Shown here one piece after another: positions 62,153-64,000 of a stretch of 64,000 nucleotides of DNA (the stretch's first letter is position 1; each line of letters begins with the position of its first letter). The stretch is taken from positions 26,846,001 to 26,910,000 of the forward strand of contig CATNEN010000001.1 in NCBI GenBank assembly GCA_950097015.1, written 5' to 3'. The position numbers were made by a program, and so were the translations under genes. The stretch is from Macrostomum hystrix (lineage: Eukaryota > Animalia > Platyhelminthes). The notes below the pieces were generated by a model, which was not told the origin of the DNA, ran no database searches, and saw only the letters and a list, made by a program, of their open reading frames with translations.

Positions 62153-63118
62153 ATGACTGCCACCTAAAATGCTGAGGCTGCTGATCCGCAGGTCCGCGTA
62201 GAAGACGATTGCGATGATGACGAGTCCGCGGTGCGTCCTGAAGCAGCCGAGCCGCGGAAGAGAGCGGCGAGCGTTGACGCCTGCGGCTCCGACAGTCGGC
62301 TGGCCAAGACGCCGCGCCTGCAGATGGGCCGCGCCCAGCAGGCCGAAGCCGCCGTCCGCTCTCGGATCCGCAGCTACGCCAGGTGCGGCCTGTACTTCAC
62401 CTCGGCCTGGATGCTGCGCACCCACCGCCAGTTCCACGGCCTGTTCGACAGCGGCGCAGATGCGAAGACGGCGGCGACGACCGCTGCGCGACAGTCGGGC
62501 GGAGCTTGTGCTGGCGGCTCCCTCGCTCAGTGACTGGGGCAGCATCTCCTACGTGCCAGTCAGCCCAGCGCAGTACTCGACTGAGGCAGCAGCAGCAGCA
62601 GTTGGAGGAGCAACCGATGATGGAGCAGCAGGAAGCTGGCTCGGATGTTAGCGGGTGAGTATCTGTGCAAATACAATCTCTCTAATCAGTGGCTTCTGTT
62701 TCTCGCACCGCCTCTGATCTCTGAAACGCGCGATTCTCTTAAGCCCAGCAGCGGCTGCTCGCCAGATCTGCCATCTGAGACCGCGGCGCTGGAACTGACC
62801 CTGCCCAGAGCGCCGTCTCCGCCGAGGAGCACCGTCACTGCGGGACCATTGTTCAGAGCGGCCCCCAGCCTGCAGCAGAAGCAGCAGCAGCCCAGGCAGC
62901 GCAGCCGGCCGCCAGTCGACGGCCTCGACCAGCAGAGCCGCCCGGGCCCAGAGCAGTCGCCGAGTCCGAGTAAATCTCAGCCTTCTGCCGGCCCCGTGTC
63001 CAGCCTGATGAGTGTGTACAAGGACTGCAAGATCGGCTTCTTTAACTACAAAAACTACCTTGTGCACCGTTCTCTGTACTGCCAGAGCAGCCGCTTGAGT
63101 CGGCCGAGCCAGTGCTAG
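62153..63118 (+). pseudogene. Degenerate zinc-finger gene with a C2H2 finger and a FOG/U-shaped-type C2HC finger
   Basis: (Y)ARCGLYFTSAWMLRTHRQFH and (Y)KDCKIGFFNYKNYLVHRSLYCQSSR; intron ~62655-62747; frameshift after finger 1; TAA four codons after the ATG. Confidence 0.6.
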
Positions 63119-63149
63119 CAACGCGGCCGGGTTCGAGCCGAGGGCCGAA

Positions 63150-64000
63150 AGCGAGGGACACGGCGTGCCTAAAAGACGCGACCGCAGGTCTTAGAGGGCC
63201 GGGCAGTCGCACCACCAGTGCTCGACAGTAAGCGTGGCAAGCCCGCACTTGAAACAGGTGGGGTCGATGGCCATATCGATGAGAGCGGCGAAGGCTGAGA
63301 AAGCGCGGTGATGGCCAGATCGCACCTGGACAAGCAGGCGCTGATCGGCGCGATTGGAGATGACGCTCCAGTCGAGGGCTCGAACCCGATCGGCGTACAC
63401 GGCGCGGATGCGCTCGTTAGCGGGATGTGGGCCGGTGATGAGCCGCCTGCAGGTCGCCACTGCGGCGCAGAACGAAATGGGCTGCGGCTCCTCTGGCATG
63501 CGGCTGCCTTGCTGCGATCAGGCTCTGACTGTCCGAGCAGACCAGGAGCGGTGGCAGTGGAAGGAAAGTGCAGCTGGCGAGTTGAGCTCCCCACCAGAGG
63601 GCGCCAAGGAGAGCGTCCGTCTCCTCGTCGAAGGACTTGAAGGCGGAGCCTCGGCGCGCCATCTGATGCAGATCCTGCTGGCTGACGGGAGTGAACGGCG
63701 GTTCAGCCTTCAGGGCACGACCAAGGCGCTTCCTGGCGTAACGATTCACCGCGCGTTCGGCAGCATTAAAGGTCAGGTGGTTGACGGAGCTTTAGTGCCT
63801 CATGAAAACGTCGGCCTTAGCTCCGTTGGAGACGACCAACCGGTCGTTAACGGCTAGGGCGGCGTTAGGGGCCTTGCTGCCGGGATTGCCGCTTAGCGAG
63901 CGGATGACGCGCCAGGTCCTCTGAATGTCCGGGGAGCACTCCAGGTCGGCCAGAAAATCCGCCCTTCCGCCATTTCAATACATCAATAGGCTGCAGATGG
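63150..64000 (-). mobile_element. Internally deleted non-LTR retrotransposon fragment
   Basis: C-terminal QVRSGHH...DPTCFKCG....VEHWWCDCPAL finger; upstream linker-like WRVIRSLSG and PFT motifs, with stops and frameshifts. Confidence 0.7.

Overview
Eukaryotic (animal) genomic DNA with spliceosomal introns, not prokaryotic. The dense intronic minisatellites suggest a flatworm such as Macrostomum (inference only). The left 29 kb is the 5' half of a minus-strand VPS13A/C-type gene: 18 frame-consistent exons (~1738 codons) that run off the left edge. It has one GC-AG intron, candidate 15-nt and 9-nt microexons, a 105-nt cassette exon, and a different minisatellite in most introns. An ankyrin-repeat gene lies at 33.5-35.3 kb. 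A ~5.5-kb segment is duplicated (A ~38334-43806; B ~47137-55356 including a LINE insertion). It carries three co-oriented genes: an intronless secreted EGFR-ectodomain-like L-domain/furin protein with no TM or kinase, and two WSC+PAN-like proteins. The copies are nearly identical except for dense replacements on the predicted ligand-binding faces of the L-domains, which is the best candidate for an undescribed diversifying recognition system. Each gene of copy B has one disabling lesion. The rest is transposon-rich: a mariner relic, SINEs, a hAT MITE, an RNase H LINE and a Gypsy LTR element nested in a DIRS/Ngaro relic, and a rearranged FOG-type zinc-finger pseudogene. Everything was read by eye; no database searches were run.
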